64,000 bases of DNA from Felis catus. Taxonomy: Eukaryota. The DNA is taken from positions 100,008,001 through 100,072,000 of the forward strand of contig NC_058373.1 in the NCBI RefSeq assembly GCF_018350175.1, read 5' to 3'. The notes under the pieces are model-generated. The model saw nothing but the letters and a program-made list of their open reading frames with translations, searched no databases and was not told the DNA's origin. This document shows positions 1 through 16,493 of this stretch, in pieces (within the stretch, counting starts at the first letter, position 1; each line of letters begins with the position of its first letter). Both the position numbers and the translations under genes were made by a program.

Positions 1-3351
<3,351 letters not shown>

Positions 3352-3359
3352 TGAATATC

Positions 3360-3540
3360 AAAGATCCGACTCTTGATTTCAGCTCAGGTCACAATCTCAA
3401 GCTCATGGGACTGAGCCCATGACCAAGCCGCACATTGGGCTCCATAATGGGTGTGAAGCCTGCATAAGATTCTATTTCTCCCTCTCTCTGTGTCCCTCCC
3501 CTACTCTTTCTCTGTCTCAAAAAGAAACAAATAAACAAAA
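3360..3540 (+). mobile_element. CAN-SINE (tRNA-derived), lacking its 5' end
   Basis: GACTCTTGATTTCAGCTCAGGTC body, CT-rich stretch and A-rich tail. Confidence 0.8.
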
Positions 3541-4053
3541 CTCCTACTTTGCAAAAGATACTGCTGAGAGAATGAAAAATAAGCCAAGCCTGGGAGAAAA
3601 TATTTGTAACAGGTCTGATAAAATATTTGTATTCATAAAACACAAAAGAACTCTTAAATGGTGTTGGGAAAACTGACAGCTACATGCAAAAGAATAAAAC
3701 TGGACCATCATCTTATACCATGTACCAAAATAAATTCAAAATGGATTAAAGACTTGAATGTAAGACCTGGAATCACAGAACTCCTAGAAGAAAACATAGT
3801 CAGTAAGCTCTTTGATATCTGTCTTTTGGACTAGTCCCCTCAGGCAAAAGCAACAAAAGCTAAAACAAACAAATGGGATTAGATCAAACAAAAAAGCTTT
3901 TACACAGCAAAGAATATCATCAGCAAAAGGAAAAGACAACCTACTGAATGGAACAAAATATCTGCAAATCATACATCCAATAAGGAGCTCATATCTAAAA
4001 TATATAAAAGAACTTATACAACTCAAAATCAAAAAAAAAAAAAAAAAACCACT

Positions 4054-4275
4054 GGAATGCCTGGGTGGCTCAGTCGATTAAGTGTCTGATGTCAGCTCAG
4101 GTCATGATCTCACGGTTTGTGGGTTCGAGCCCTGTGTCTGGCTCTGTACTGACAGCTCAGAGCCTGGAGCCTGCTTCGGATTCTGTGTCTCCCTCTCTCT
4201 CTGCCCCTCCCCTGATGACTGACTCCCAGTCTGTCTTTCTGTCTGTCTGTCTCTCTCTCAAAAATAAACATTAAA
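4054..4275 (+). mobile_element. CAN-SINE
   Basis: GCCTGGGTGGCTCAG head, CT-rich region, AATAAA tail. Confidence 0.9.
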
Positions 4276-4500
4276 GGGGCGCCTGGGTGGCGCAGTCGGT
4301 TAAGCGTCCGACTTCAGCCAGGTCACGATCTCGCGGTCCAGGAGTTCGAGCCCCGCGTCGGGCTCTGGGCTGATGGCTCAGAGCCTGGAGCCTGTTTCCG
4401 ATTCTGTGTCTCCCTCTCTCTCTGCTCCTCCCCCGTTCATGCTCTGTCTCTCTCTGTCCCAAAAATAAATAAACGTTGAAAAAAAAAATTAAAAAAAAAA
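4276..4500 (+). mobile_element. Young felid CAN-SINE nested in the tail of the preceding SINE
   Basis: CpG-intact GGGGCGCCTGGGTGGCGCAGTCGG head; TSD AAAAATAAACATTAAA on both sides. Confidence 0.95.
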
Positions 4501-4822
4501 AATAAACATTAAAAAAAAACCCAAATAACCCAATTTAAAAATGGGTAGTGTACTTGAGTAGACATCTTTCCAAAGAAGACCTACAATCAGGTGCATGAAA
4601 AGATGTTCAACATCACTGATGATCAGGGAAATGACAATCAAAACTACAATATCACCTCACATCTGTCAGACTGGCTATTATCAAAAAGACAACAACAACA
4701 ACAAAAAGTGCTCATGAAAATGTGGAGAAAAAGGATCCTTGTAGATTCCTGGTGGGAATGTAAATTGGTACAGCCACTCTGGAGAACAGAGGCTCCTCAG
4801 AAAGTTAAAAATAGAACTACCA

Positions 4823-5052
4823 GGGGTGCCTGGGTGGGTCAGTGGGTTAAGCATCCAAATCTCAATTTCAGTTCAGGTCATGATCTTGCGGTTGGTGAGT
4901 TTGAGCCCTGTATCAGGCTCTGTTCTAACTGCGGGAAGCCTTTTTGGGATTCTCTGTCTCCCTCTCTCTCTGTCTCTCCTCTATTTACTCTCTATGTCTC
5001 TCTCTCCTTCTCTCTAAATAAATATATAAACAACAAACGTTAAAAAAAAAAA
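4823..5052 (+). mobile_element. CAN-SINE
   Basis: Typical head and tail; TSD AAAAATAGAACTACCA. Confidence 0.9.
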
Positions 5053-5493
5053 ATAGAACTACCATATGATCTAGAAATTCCACCTCTGGGTATTTATCTG
5101 AAGGAAACAAAAACACCAATCCAAAAGAATTTATGTACTCCTATATTCATTGCAGCATTATTACAGTAGCCAAGATACAGACGCAATCTAAGGGTTTATG
5201 GATAGATGAATGGATTTAAAAAAATGTGACACACACACACAATGCAGTATTACTCAGTCATAAAACAGAATGAAATCTTACCATTTGAGACAACATGGAT
5301 GGACTTAGAGAGTATTATGCTAAGTGAAGTAAATCAGAGAAAGACAAATACCATATGATTTCACTTATATGTGGAATCTAAAAAAAAACCAAAAGAATAA
5401 AACAGACACAAAGGGGTAGGGGTTAAAGGATGGGCAAAATAGGTGAAGGGGATTAAAAAGTACAAACTTCCAGTTGTAAAATAAAGTCATGGA

Positions 5494-6150
5494 AAGAGAA
5501 ATTCATTGGTTTGATGAGAATCTGTGAGACCATGAGGTTCTTGATCTGTGCAGAGTATTAATGTGTAACAGCTGCCTATTCTAGGATTTCTCTTGAGGCT
5601 GGCAAGTGTCCTGAACCAGTTGCCATTTCTATCTTGCTGGTCTGACAGAGTTGGGAAGGTCCAAGCCTTAGGACCCACTTTCCTTTCTTATCCAATGTTT
5701 TCCTGCCAAAACCCTGTGGGCTGATAATTCCCTTGAGGTGGAAAACGGTTTGCATTTACAACTGTAAGTTTACTCATCCTTTTAATTTATGTAAGGTTTT
5801 TATACACAATTCTCAATTCTTTAAGACAGGACAACAGGGGCGCCTGGGTGGCTCAGTTGGTTAAGCGTCCAACTTCGGTTCAGGTCATGATCTCACAGTT
5901 TGTGAGTTCGAGCCCCACGTCAGGCTCTGTGCTGACAGATCAGAGCCTGAAGCCTGCTTCGGATTCTGTGTCTCCCTCTCTCTCTGCCCCTCCCCTGCTT
6001 GTGCTTTCTCTCTCAAAAATAAATAAACATCAAAAAAAAAAAAAAAAAAAGATAGGACAACAAATTTTGGTTTTCTACTATCATATGAGAACATTAGGCC
6101 CCAGCAACACATCACTAGGTCAGGAAAATAAAGTGCTACAGCAAAAAAAA
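5494..6150 (+). pseudogene. 5'-truncated processed retrocopy of an mRNA 3'UTR (source uncertain, tentatively RCC2-like), interrupted by a SINE
   Basis: Non-L1 sequence interrupts an L1 3'UTR. It has AATAAA at 6127-6132, an A-run at 6143-6150, and a near-perfect 16-bp TSD: AAAATAAAGTCATGGA (5478-5493) and AAAATTAAGTCATGGA (6147-6162). Confidence 0.7.
5837..6050 (+). mobile_element. CAN-SINE inside the retrocopy
   Basis: Typical head and tail; TSD AAGA(C/T)AGGACAACA. Confidence 0.9.
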
Positions 6151-6379
6151 TTAAGTCATGGAGACGTATTGTGTAACATGCTGACAGTAGTCAACAGTAT
6201 TATAATAACTTTACACGTGACAGGTGGCAATTAGACTCATTGTTGGAATAATTTTGCAACATATAAAAATACCAAATCACTATAAGGTATGCCAAAAACG
6301 AATAGGACATTATATGTCAATTATACTTCAGTAAAAAAATAAAATTAAAAATTAAAAAATAGAGATTCTTGGTTGTCAA

Positions 6380-8290
6380 AAAGCCACAAAACTCAACCAA
6401 AAGAAAACAACCCAGTTAAAATATGGGCAAAAGATCTAAATAGATACCCCACCAAAAAAAATATATACAGATGGCAAATAAGCATATTGAAACATGCTCA
6501 ACATCATATGTAATTATAAAATTGCAAATTAAAACAATGAGATACCACAACAATTGGAATGGCTAAAATTTTCTAAAAAGTTGACAATACCAAATGCTGA
6601 CAAGGATATGGAGCAAGAGGAACCCATTCATTGCAAGTGCTCCTACAAAATAGTACAGCCACTTTGGAAGACAGACTGGCAGTTTCTTACAAAGTTAAAC
6701 ATAATCTTCCCATATGATCTAGAAATCATACCCCTAAGTATTTACCTAAATTAGTTGAAAACATCATCCATTTAAAAAAAGTTACACACCAACATTTACA
6801 GAAGCTTTATTCATAAATGCTGAAACTTAGAATCAACCAAGATGTCTTCAATAGGTGAATGGATAAACAAACAGTGGTATAACTATATGATGGGATACTA
6901 TTTAGAGATAAAAAGAAATGAGCCATCCAGAAGAAATGGACAGACGTTTCTCTACAGAAGATATGCAGATGGCCAACAAACACATGAAAAGATGCTCAAC
7001 ATCATCATCAGAGAAATGCAAATCAAAATGACAGTGAGATATCACCTCACGTCTGTCAGAATGGCTAAAATCAAAAACACAAGAAACAACAAGGATGACA
7101 AGGATGTGGAGAGAAAGGAACCCTTGTGCACGTTGGCAGGAATGCAAACTGATGCAGCGACTGTTTAAAATTTAAAATAGAACTATCCCACAATCCCGTA
7201 ATTACACTATTAGGTATTTAGCCAAAGAATACAAAAACACTAGTTCAAAGGGATACATGCACCTCAATGTTTACTGCAGCATTATTTACAACAGCCAAAT
7301 TATGGAAGCAGCCCAAGTGTCCATCAATAGTTGAATGGAAGAAGAGGTGATATATACATACAATGGAATATCATTCAGCCATAAAAAGAATGAAATCCTG
7401 TCATTTGCAACAACATAGATGGAGCTAGAGAGTATTATGCTAAGTGAAATTAAGTCAGAGAAAGACAGATACCATGTGATTTCACTCATAGGTGGAATTT
7501 AAGAAACAAAAAAGTAAAGTGGAAAAAAGGGAGAAACCAAGAAACAGATGCTTAACTATAAATAACAAACTGATGGTTACCAGAGTGGAGGTGGGGAAGG
7601 TGGGGGAGGTGGGGGAGGTGGGGGAGGTGGGGGAGGTGGGGGAGGTGGGGGGGTGGGGGGGATGGGCAAAATAGGTGATGGAGATTAAGGAGTACACCTG
7701 TGATAAGCACCGGGTGATATATGGAATTGCTGAATCACTACATTGTACATCTGAAACTGATATAGCACTATATGTTAATTACACTGTAATTAAAATTTAA
7801 AAAAAAAGAAATGGACCATCAGATCATGAAAAGACATGGAGGAAAATTAAATACATATTGCTAAGTAAAAGTAGTCAAACTGAAAAGGCTACGTCAGTAT
7901 GATTCCAACTATATGACACTCTGGAAAAGGCAAAACCACAGAGACAGTAAAAGATTAGTGGTTGGGGAATGGAAGAGAGGGATAAATAGGTGAAGTATAG
8001 GAGACTTTTTTAGGCTAGTGAAACTATTCTGTTTGATACTGTAATGGTGAATACATGTCATTATACATTTGTCAAAACTCACAGAACTGTACAACAGAAA
8101 GCATGAATCCTAATATGAACTATGTACTTTTGTTAATAATGTGTCAATATTCATTCATTAACTATAACAAATGTACTACACTAATGCAAAATGTTAATGA
8201 GGGAAACTGAATACAAAGGAGAAAGGAGGTATACCAGAATTCTCTTCACTATGTGCTCACTTTTCTCTAAACCTAAAACTGCTCTAAAGA
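6380..8290 (+). mobile_element. Older L1 3' end, interrupted at about 6929-7810 by a younger L1 3' end
   Basis: Degraded ORF2-end and 3'UTR motifs; the inner element is flanked by AAAAGAAATG..CCATC.AGA direct repeats at about 6910 and 7805. Confidence 0.7.
7587..7666 (+). repeat. G-rich tandem repeat (GGTGGGGGA)n within an L1 3'UTR
   Basis: About six near-perfect 9-bp units plus degenerate flanks. Confidence 0.9.
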
Positions 8291-11200
8291 AACAAAATGT
8301 AGGTCATCCTCTAAACCTGAAAGGGTAAGAGATTGGTAGTGGTGTCTTTTACACTAGCAACCATATCTCAGAGATAATTCCTAGTGCCATAGGCAGAAAT
8401 TTACAAATTGCAAAACCTAGGTTTGATTTACTAATTCTTCTCTTCACTAAAGTTGTTCGTTTTGCACAAAATTCTAAAACTGGAAAAAATGGAGAAGGAC
8501 CTAAGATGATGGAATAGCAGGAGGACCCTAGGCTTGCCTCATCCCTGGAACACAGCTGGATACATATCAAATCATTGTAAATCCCCAAGAAGTTGACCTG
8601 AGGACTGACAGAATAAAGTGCAAAGCGAGTGGGGGAGAAGAGCCACATCAGGGAAGGTAGAAAGTTCAGAGACATAGTTTGGGGGAGAAACAGATGGCAG
8701 GTGCTGCAGAGGGAAGGAGCTCTGGTCACAGACAGAGTTCAGACAGACAGAGACAGAGGAGCGCACAGGGGTTCACACAAGGAAAACACTTCCCCAAAAC
8801 CTTTGGAAAAATGAGAGGGACTGCTTTTGTGAGCTTTTATGACCAGTGGGGCTCAAAGACTGGAGGAGTTTTGGAGGTCCTTGGCAGGACTGATGTGGAG
8901 CCCATCAGGTGCTACAGTATTCCTGTGAATAAGGGCAGATAGCCTAGGAGCAGATGGTGGGATCTGAGGATCCCCTTGGACTCAGTGCGAGAGACGGTTC
9001 CCCATTCTTGGAGCATACCTGGGAGACGTGGCAGTGCCATTCTGGGGACAAAAGAGCCAGCAGCCACCATTTCCCTTCCACGCCTCTCAGCATAGGTGCA
9101 GAGACACCTGCTGGGGGTGACTAACCGGAACACCAGCTTTTTGCTGTGCTTTCCTCCAAACTCCACAACTCCGTGCTTTGATATGACTGTCCTTCCGGGA
9201 CAGACCTGTATCAGTTCCAGAGTGGCTACACCCTCCCCCAGAGGACCAGTATAGCTCCCCACCATATCACATCCCTACAGTTTGGAGTTTTAAAACTCAG
9301 TGGCCTGGTTGGATAGACCCCAAGGTGCACTGTACCGCTAGGTGGGCAGACAGCCTAGACACAGCCAGGGATCTGAGAGACGCCTGGGACACATGAGAGG
9401 AGATTGTTCACACTTCTGGAAGGGCTTCCCAGATAGCAGTGGGCTCAAACTTCCCTCTCTAGAGATGAGAGAAGAGGCTGGCACCATATCCTTCCCCAAC
9501 CCCTCAGCATAAACTAACTTCACTAAGCAATACAGCAAGAACAGTGGCAGCCTAAACCACTTACACCAATCCCTATCCCTCACCCCCACTGTACTCTGCT
9601 GGTGTTATTTCTTAGGTAAGTGTGCCTGAGAACCCCAGCAGTAGGCTCATCCCCCAAAGATCAGCACAAATCCCCTGTATGCACCAGGTCTACTAACCAT
9701 AGAGTTTTGTAAAACTTCAACTCTAGTGGAAATAGCATCAGGTCTCGTTAAACAAGGAGACTAGAGCACACCCAGTTAAAACTCGCCACACTCTGGCCAA
9801 GGTCCAAACACTTCCTCGCTGCAGGCAAGGAGAAACTCTGGGAGGACTGACCTGAGAAAAGAGCCATAAAACACAGCAGCAGAATACTCAAGCACATACA
9901 ACAGACACACATCCTGAAGCATCAGACTCTGGACAGTATATGACAGCTTCTTCATAAAGCCATTATTCTCAGGAGCAGGAAACATAACAGGCTTTCCTAA
10001 AACACAGAATAAGAGACCTAGACAAAATGCCAGAAAAGGTCATGGCCAGGGATCTAATCGAAACAGACATAAGTAATATGCCTAATCTAGAACATAAAGC
10101 AATAATCATAAGGATACTAGTGGGGCTTGAGAAAAGCAGAAAAGACACTAGGGAATCCCTTACCACAGAGATAAAAGACCTAAAAACTAATCAGGCCAAA
10201 ATGAAAAATACAATAACTGAGATTTGAAACCAACTGGATGTAGTGACTACAAGGATAGAAGCAAAGGAATGAATAAATGATATAGAAGATAAAATTATGG
10301 AAAATAATGAAGGTAAAAAGAAGAGGAAAAGAAAAATATTAGATCATGAATGTAGACTTAGGGAACTCAGTGACTTCATAAAGTGTAATATCATTCATAT
10401 CATAGGAGTCATAAAAGAAGAGAGGGAAAAGGGGACAGAGGTTTATCTGAGGAAATGATAGCTGAAACTTCCCTATCTGTGGAAGGTAACAGACATCCAA
10501 ATCCAGGAGGCACAGAGAACTCTCATCAAAATAAACAAAATAAATAAATAAACAGCAGGCCAACACCAAGACATATCATAGTTAAATTTGTAAGATATAG
10601 ACACAAAGAAAAAACCCTAATAGCAGCAAGACAAAAGAAGTCCCTAAATTACAAGGGAAGACAAATAAGGTTAGCAACAGATCTCTCCACAGAAACTTGG
10701 CAGGCAAGAAAGGAGTGGCATTATATATTCAACATACTGAATGGGGAAAATATGCAGCCAAGAATACTCTATCCAGCAAGGCTGTCATTCAAAATAGAAA
10801 GAGAGATAAAAGGGTTTTCCAGAAAACAAAAAGTAAAGGAGTTCATAACCACTAAACCAGCCCTGCAGGAAATATTAAAGGAGACTCTTTGAGTGGAAAA
10901 GACCAAGGGTGACCAAGACTAGAAAGGAGAAGAGAAAATCTCCAGAAATGAAAAAACAAGTAATAAAGTGGCACTACATTCATAACTACCCATAATCACT
11001 CTGAATGTAAATGTACTAAATGCTCCAATCAAAAGACATACAGTGTGTGAATGGAAAAAGAAAAAGAAAAAGACCCATCTATACGCTGCCTATAAGAGAC
11101 TCATTTTAGACCTAAAGACACCTGCAGATCAAATGTGAGGGAATGGAGAACCATCTAGTGTCAAAAGAAAGCCAGAGTAACCATAATTATATCAGACAAA

Positions 11201-12761
11201 CTAGATTTTAAGCCAAAGACTGTACCAGGAGATGCAGAAGGGTACTATATCATAATAATGGGGTCTATCCAACAAGAAGAGCTAACAATTGTAAATATTT
11301 ATACCCCCAACTTGATAGCACCCAAATATATTAATCGATTAATAACAAACATAAAGAAACTCGTTGAAAATAATATAGTAATAGTAGGGGACTTTAACAC
11401 TGCACTTGTATCAATGGACAGATCATCTAAGCAGAAAATCAACAAGGAAACAATGACTTTGAATGACACACTGGACCAGATGGACTTAACAGATATGTTC
11501 AGAACATTTCATCCTAAAATAGCAGAATACACATTCTTTTCAAGGGCACATGAGACCTTCTCCATAATAGATCACATACTAGGTCACAAATCATGTACTA
11601 GGCCTCAACAAGTACAAAAAGATTGAGATGATACCATGCATATTTTCCTAACACAATGCTATGAAATGTGAAGTCAATCACAAGAAAAAATTTAGAAAGT
11701 CTACAAATATATGGAGACTAAAGAATATCCCACTAAAAAATGAATGTGTCAACCAGGAAATTAGAAAGAAAATAAAAAATACATGGAAACATATGAAAAT
11801 GAAAACAGGATGGTCCTAAAACCTTGGGATACAGCAAAAGTTGTCATAAGAGAGAAGTATATATATATAGCAATACAGGCCTACCTCAACAAGCAAGAAA
11901 AATCAACCACACCTAAAGGAGCTAGAAAAAGAACAACAAATGAAGCCTAAAGCCAGCAGAAGGGAAATAATAAAGCTTACAGCAGAAATAAATGATATAG
12001 AAACAACAACAACAACAAAAAAACCCAGGAGAATAGATCAATGAAACCAGGAGATGATTTTTTGAAAAAATTAATAAAACTGATAATCCCCTAGCCACAC
12101 TCATCAAAAATAAAGAGAAAGGACCCAAATAAATAAAATCATGAATGAGACAGGTCACAGATATATAAACAATTGTGAGAGAATATTATGAAAAATCATA
12201 TGCCAACAAATTGAGCAATGTGGAAGAAATGGATAAATTCCAAAAAACATATAAACTACCAACTGAAACAGGAAGAAATAGAAAATTTGAACAGACTGAT
12301 AACCAGGAATGAAATTGAATCAGTAATCAAAAATCTCCCAACAAAGAATGGTCCAGAGCCAGATTTATTCTTGGGCAAATTCTACCAAATATTTAAAGAA
12401 GAGTTAATATCTATTCTTCTCAAACTATTTCAAAAAATAGAAAAGGAAGGAAAATATCCAAACTCATTCTACAAGGCCAGCATTACCCTGATACCAAAAC
12501 CAAAGACCCCACTAAAAAAGACAACTACAAACCAATATTCCTGATGAACATGAATGCAAAAATTCTCAATAAATACTAGCAAGTTGAACCCAACAGTACA
12601 TTAAAAGAATAATTCAGCATGATCAAGTGGGATTTATTCCTGGGCTGCAAGAGTAGCTTGCAAATCAATCAATGTGAAACACCTAATAAAAGGAAGGATA
12701 AGAACCATATGATCTTCTCAATAGATGCAGAAAAAGCATACATCAAAATACAGTATCCATT

Positions 12762-12895
12762 CTTTTTTTTTTAATGTTTATTTTTGAGAGAGGGAGAGAG
12801 AGACAAAGAAAGAGAGAGCACATAAGTGGGGGAGGGGGAAAGGGGGGGATACAGAGGATCTGAAGCAAGCTCTGTGCTGACAGCAGTGAGTCCAA
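12762..12895 (-). mobile_element. 5'-truncated CAN-SINE inside L1 ORF2
   Basis: Poly-T followed by GA-rich antisense SINE 3' part; flanked by ATCCATTCT repeats. Confidence 0.85.
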
Positions 12896-14363
12896 ACAGC
12901 ATCCATTCTTGATAAAAACCCTCAACAAAGTGGGATAGTGGGAATATACCTCACCATCATAAAGGTCATATATGGAAGACCCACAGCTATTACCTTCAAG
13001 GGGGAAACACTGAGAGCTTTTACTGTACGGTCAGGAACAAGGCAGGGATATCCACTCTCATCACTGTAATTTAACCTAGTATTGGAAGTCTTAAGCCTTA
13101 GCAATCAGACAACATAATGAAATAAAAGGCATCCATATTGGTAAGGAAGAAGTCAAACTTTCACTATTTACAGACAACATGATACTCTATGTAGAAAACC
13201 CAAATGACTGATACACAAAATCAGTAAAGTTGCAGGATACAAAATCAACATATAGAAACTGTCTGCATTTCTATACACCAATAATGAAGCATCAGAAAGA
13301 GAAATCAAGGAATTGATCCCATTTACAATTGTACCAAAACAATAAGACACCTAGTAATAAGCCTAACCAAAAAGGTAAAAGACCTGTACTCTGAAAACTA
13401 TAGAACACTTATGAAAGAAACTGAAGAGTACACAAAGAAATGGAAAAACATTCCATGCTCATGGATTAGAAGAACAAATATTGTTAAAATGTCTATACTA
13501 CCCAAAGCAATCTACACACTTAATGCAACTGCTATCAATATACCTCAGGCATTTTTCACAGAGCTAAAACAAACATTCCTAAAATTTGTATGGAACCACA
13601 AAAGACCTTGAATAGCCAAACCAGTCCTAAAAAGCAAAGCAAAGCTGGAAACATTACAGTTCCAGATTTTAAGCTATATTACAAAGCTGTAGTCATCAAG
13701 ACAGTATAGTACTGGCACAAAAACAGACGCATAGAACAGAAAACCCAGAAATGGACCCATAACTATATGGTCAACTAATCTTTGACAAAGCAGGAAAAGA
13801 ATATCCAATGGAAAAAAGTCTCTTCAACAAATGGTGTTGAGAAAACTAGACAGCAACATGCAGAAAAATGAAACTGGGCCACTTTTCATACACCATACAC
13901 AAAAATAAATTCAAAATGGATGAAAGACCTAAATGTGAGACAGGAAACTATCAAAATCCTAAAGGAGAACACAGCTAACAACCTCTTTGACCTTGGCCAG
14001 AGCAACTTCTTACTAGACATGTCACTGGAGGCAAGGGAAACAAAAGCAAACATGAACTATTGGGACTTCATCAAGATTAGAAGCTTCTGCACGGTGAAGG
14101 AAAACAATCAACAAAACTAAAAGGCAGCCTATGGAATGGGAGATGATATTTGTAAATGACAAATCTGATAAAGGGTTAGTATTCAAAATCTATAAAGAAA
14201 TTATCAAACTCAACACCCCAAAATAAATAATCCAGTTAAGAAATGGGCAGAAGACATGAATAGACATTTTTCCAGAGAAGACACACAGATGGCCAATAGA
14301 CACATGAAATGATGCTCAACATCACTCATCACCAGGGAAATGCAAATCAAAACTATAATGAGT

Positions 14364-14559
14364 GGGGTGCCTGGGTGGCTCAGTCAGTTAAGTGCCTGAC
14401 TTCAACTCAGGTCATCATCTCATGGTTCACAAGTTTGAGCCCTGCATCAGGCTCTGTGCTGTCAGCACAGATCCTGGATCCTGTTTTGGATTCTGTGTCT
14501 CCCTCTCTCTCTGTCCCTACCCCACTCGTGCTGTTCCTCTCTCTCTCTCTCAAAACTAA

Positions 14560-14600
<41 letters not shown>
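14364..14600 (+). mobile_element. CAN-SINE with long poly(A) inside L1 ORF2
   Basis: Typical head; A-run of about 40 nt; TSD AAAACTA(T/C)AATGAG. Confidence 0.9.
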
Positions 14601-14603
<3 letters not shown>

Positions 14604-15112
14604 ACAATGAGATATCACTTCACACCTGTCAGAATGGCTAAAAATAACAATACACAAAACAGCAAATGTTGGCAAGGATGTGGAGAGAGGGGAACCCTCT
14701 TGGATTGTTGATGGGAATGCAAACTGGTGCAGCCACTCTGGAAAACAGTATGGAAGTTCCTCAAAAAGTTAAAAATAGAACTACCCTACAACCCAGCAAT
14801 TGCACTAATAGGTATTTACCCAGAGGATAAAAAAATACAGATTTGAAGTGGCACATGCACCCGATGTTTATAGCAGCACTATGGACAATAGCTAAATTAT
14901 GGAAAGAGCCCAAACGTCCATCAACTGATGAATGGATAAAGAAGATGTAGTATGTACACACAATGGGATATTATTCAGCCATCAAAAGAATGAAATCTTG
15001 CCATTTCCAACAACATGGATGGAGCCAAATATCCTATGTATTAACTAGAATTTAAATTAAAAACTTAAAAATAAATAAAATCAGTTAAGTGTTTTTTAAA
15101 AATCTTGAAACT

Positions 15113-15325
15113 GGGGCACCTGGGTGGCTCAGTCAGTTAAGTGTCCGACTTCAGCTCAGGTTATGATCTCACGGTTTGTGAGTTCGAGCCCCATGTCATG
15201 CTCTGTGCTGATAGCTCGGAGCCTGGAGCCTTCTTTGGATTCTGTGTCTCCCTCTCTCTGTGCCCCTCCCCCACTCATGCTCTGTCTCTCTCTCAATAAT
15301 AAACATTAAAAAAAATTTTTTTTTA
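15113..15325 (+). mobile_element. CAN-SINE
   Basis: Typical head and tail; TSD AATCTTGAAAC. Confidence 0.9.
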
Positions 15326-16493
15326 ATCTTGAAACCAAAAAAATAATAGATAAAATTGGAAAAATGTTTTAAAAATAAATAAAAAATAAATAAATGAAAA
15401 ACCAAAAGGTATTCATTTTTTTAAAGGGGTAAATTATTTTGTAGCAATGGCATAAAGGAAACCACAGTAAAGCGTATCATCTACAAGTCAAAAGAGAAAA
15501 GATAAATTTGCACAGATAATTCTTTAAATAAAAAGGAAATTCACAAGGTAAATGACAACCTTGGGGTAGGAAAGATAGTTTGTTTCCCTCATATAAAGTA
15601 TCTAGAAGTTAATAAGAATAAAGTTCAAACATGATAGAAAAATGGGCAAAAGATACCAAACAGCAGTTCATTTCAATGAACAGTACGTAACTGCAAAAGA
15701 GTACAGGAGGGAGAAACTCTTGCCAGACACTGGGTATTTCAAACTGATGGTTTTAGCACATAAAAGTAGGATGACAGAATGGAAGGCGTTTTTTCCCTCA
15801 TGGTTATTTGGAAGGTGCAGCTATGATATGGCACACGATTTAACACAGTCCTTCAACATTCTAAATATCACTACTGAAAATTTTTGTAAAATACTATATT
15901 TCACAAGTCATTTTTCTTACATTTTAAATTAAAATGAGGACATTACCTCTTTACAATTCTTCTTTCTTGAAATTTATTTTTCCCCCTCAGTTTCTTCTTC
16001 CCATAAGTGTTGGTCTTGTGTAGGATGCTCCCTGGATAACTTGTATGTTGACAACACCTAGACCTGTACTCCCCAAGGGCTCAAATCCCCACAGCTGCCT
16101 ACTCTAGACTCAGGTCTGATGGGCATTCCCTTGTTAAAGTAGATTCCTCTTCCCCTGTAAACCTGTCCTTCCTTGCCTACTTCAGATGTTGATCAGAAAG
16201 GATTTGGGATAGAGTGAGATTGGAAAGACAGAAAAGAAGAGATTAGGGATTAACTAGAGTTTGTAGTTTTATGTTTGTAAGCAAATTAACTTTTACTAAA
16301 TCCAGTTAATTTCACCTCCTAAGCATTAAAAAGAAAATCCCCTCTTTGCTATCTTTATTTTATCTCCCTAGATTACATAATGGACACACAATGGTTTCTA
16401 TGTGTGCTTGGACTTCACAAATCTGTCTCACACCCACCAGAAAAAGCTTTCAAGTACTATTCTGATCACATCACTTATCTGCCTAAAATCCTC

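Larger units (their letters stand above)
3657..6360 (+). mobile_element. 5'-truncated L1 (ORF2 C-terminus and 3'UTR) carrying nested SINEs and a retrocopy
   Basis: Starts at AAATGGTGTTGGGAAAACTG (KWCWEN), continues through ORF2 3' motifs and the L1 3'UTR, and ends in an A-rich tail at about 6335-6360. Confidence 0.85.
8490..15350 (+). mobile_element. Near full-length carnivore L1, inactivated by frameshifts and stops (5'UTR ~8490-10020, ORF1 ~10027-10890, ORF2 ~10970-14960)
   Basis: Co-linear ORF1 and ORF2 fragments ([50 protein letters not shown]); flanking repeats TAAAACTGGAAAAAATG (~8475) and TAAAATTGGAAAAATG (~15351). Confidence 0.9.

Noticed and set aside
4065..4274. Recurring MAQSVK...AQVMISRFV..SP.SGSVL peptide family (also at 5848, 15124, 48124, 51918, 55680)
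   Set aside because: These are translations of CAN-SINE copies from GTG starts, not a gene family.
4276..4360. tRNA-like A/B boxes at SINE heads as tRNA genes
   Set aside because: They are the tRNA-derived heads of CAN-SINEs, followed by SINE bodies and tails.
7492..7674. ORF with a (VGE)n repeat
   Set aside because: Translation of the G-rich minisatellite in an L1 3'UTR.
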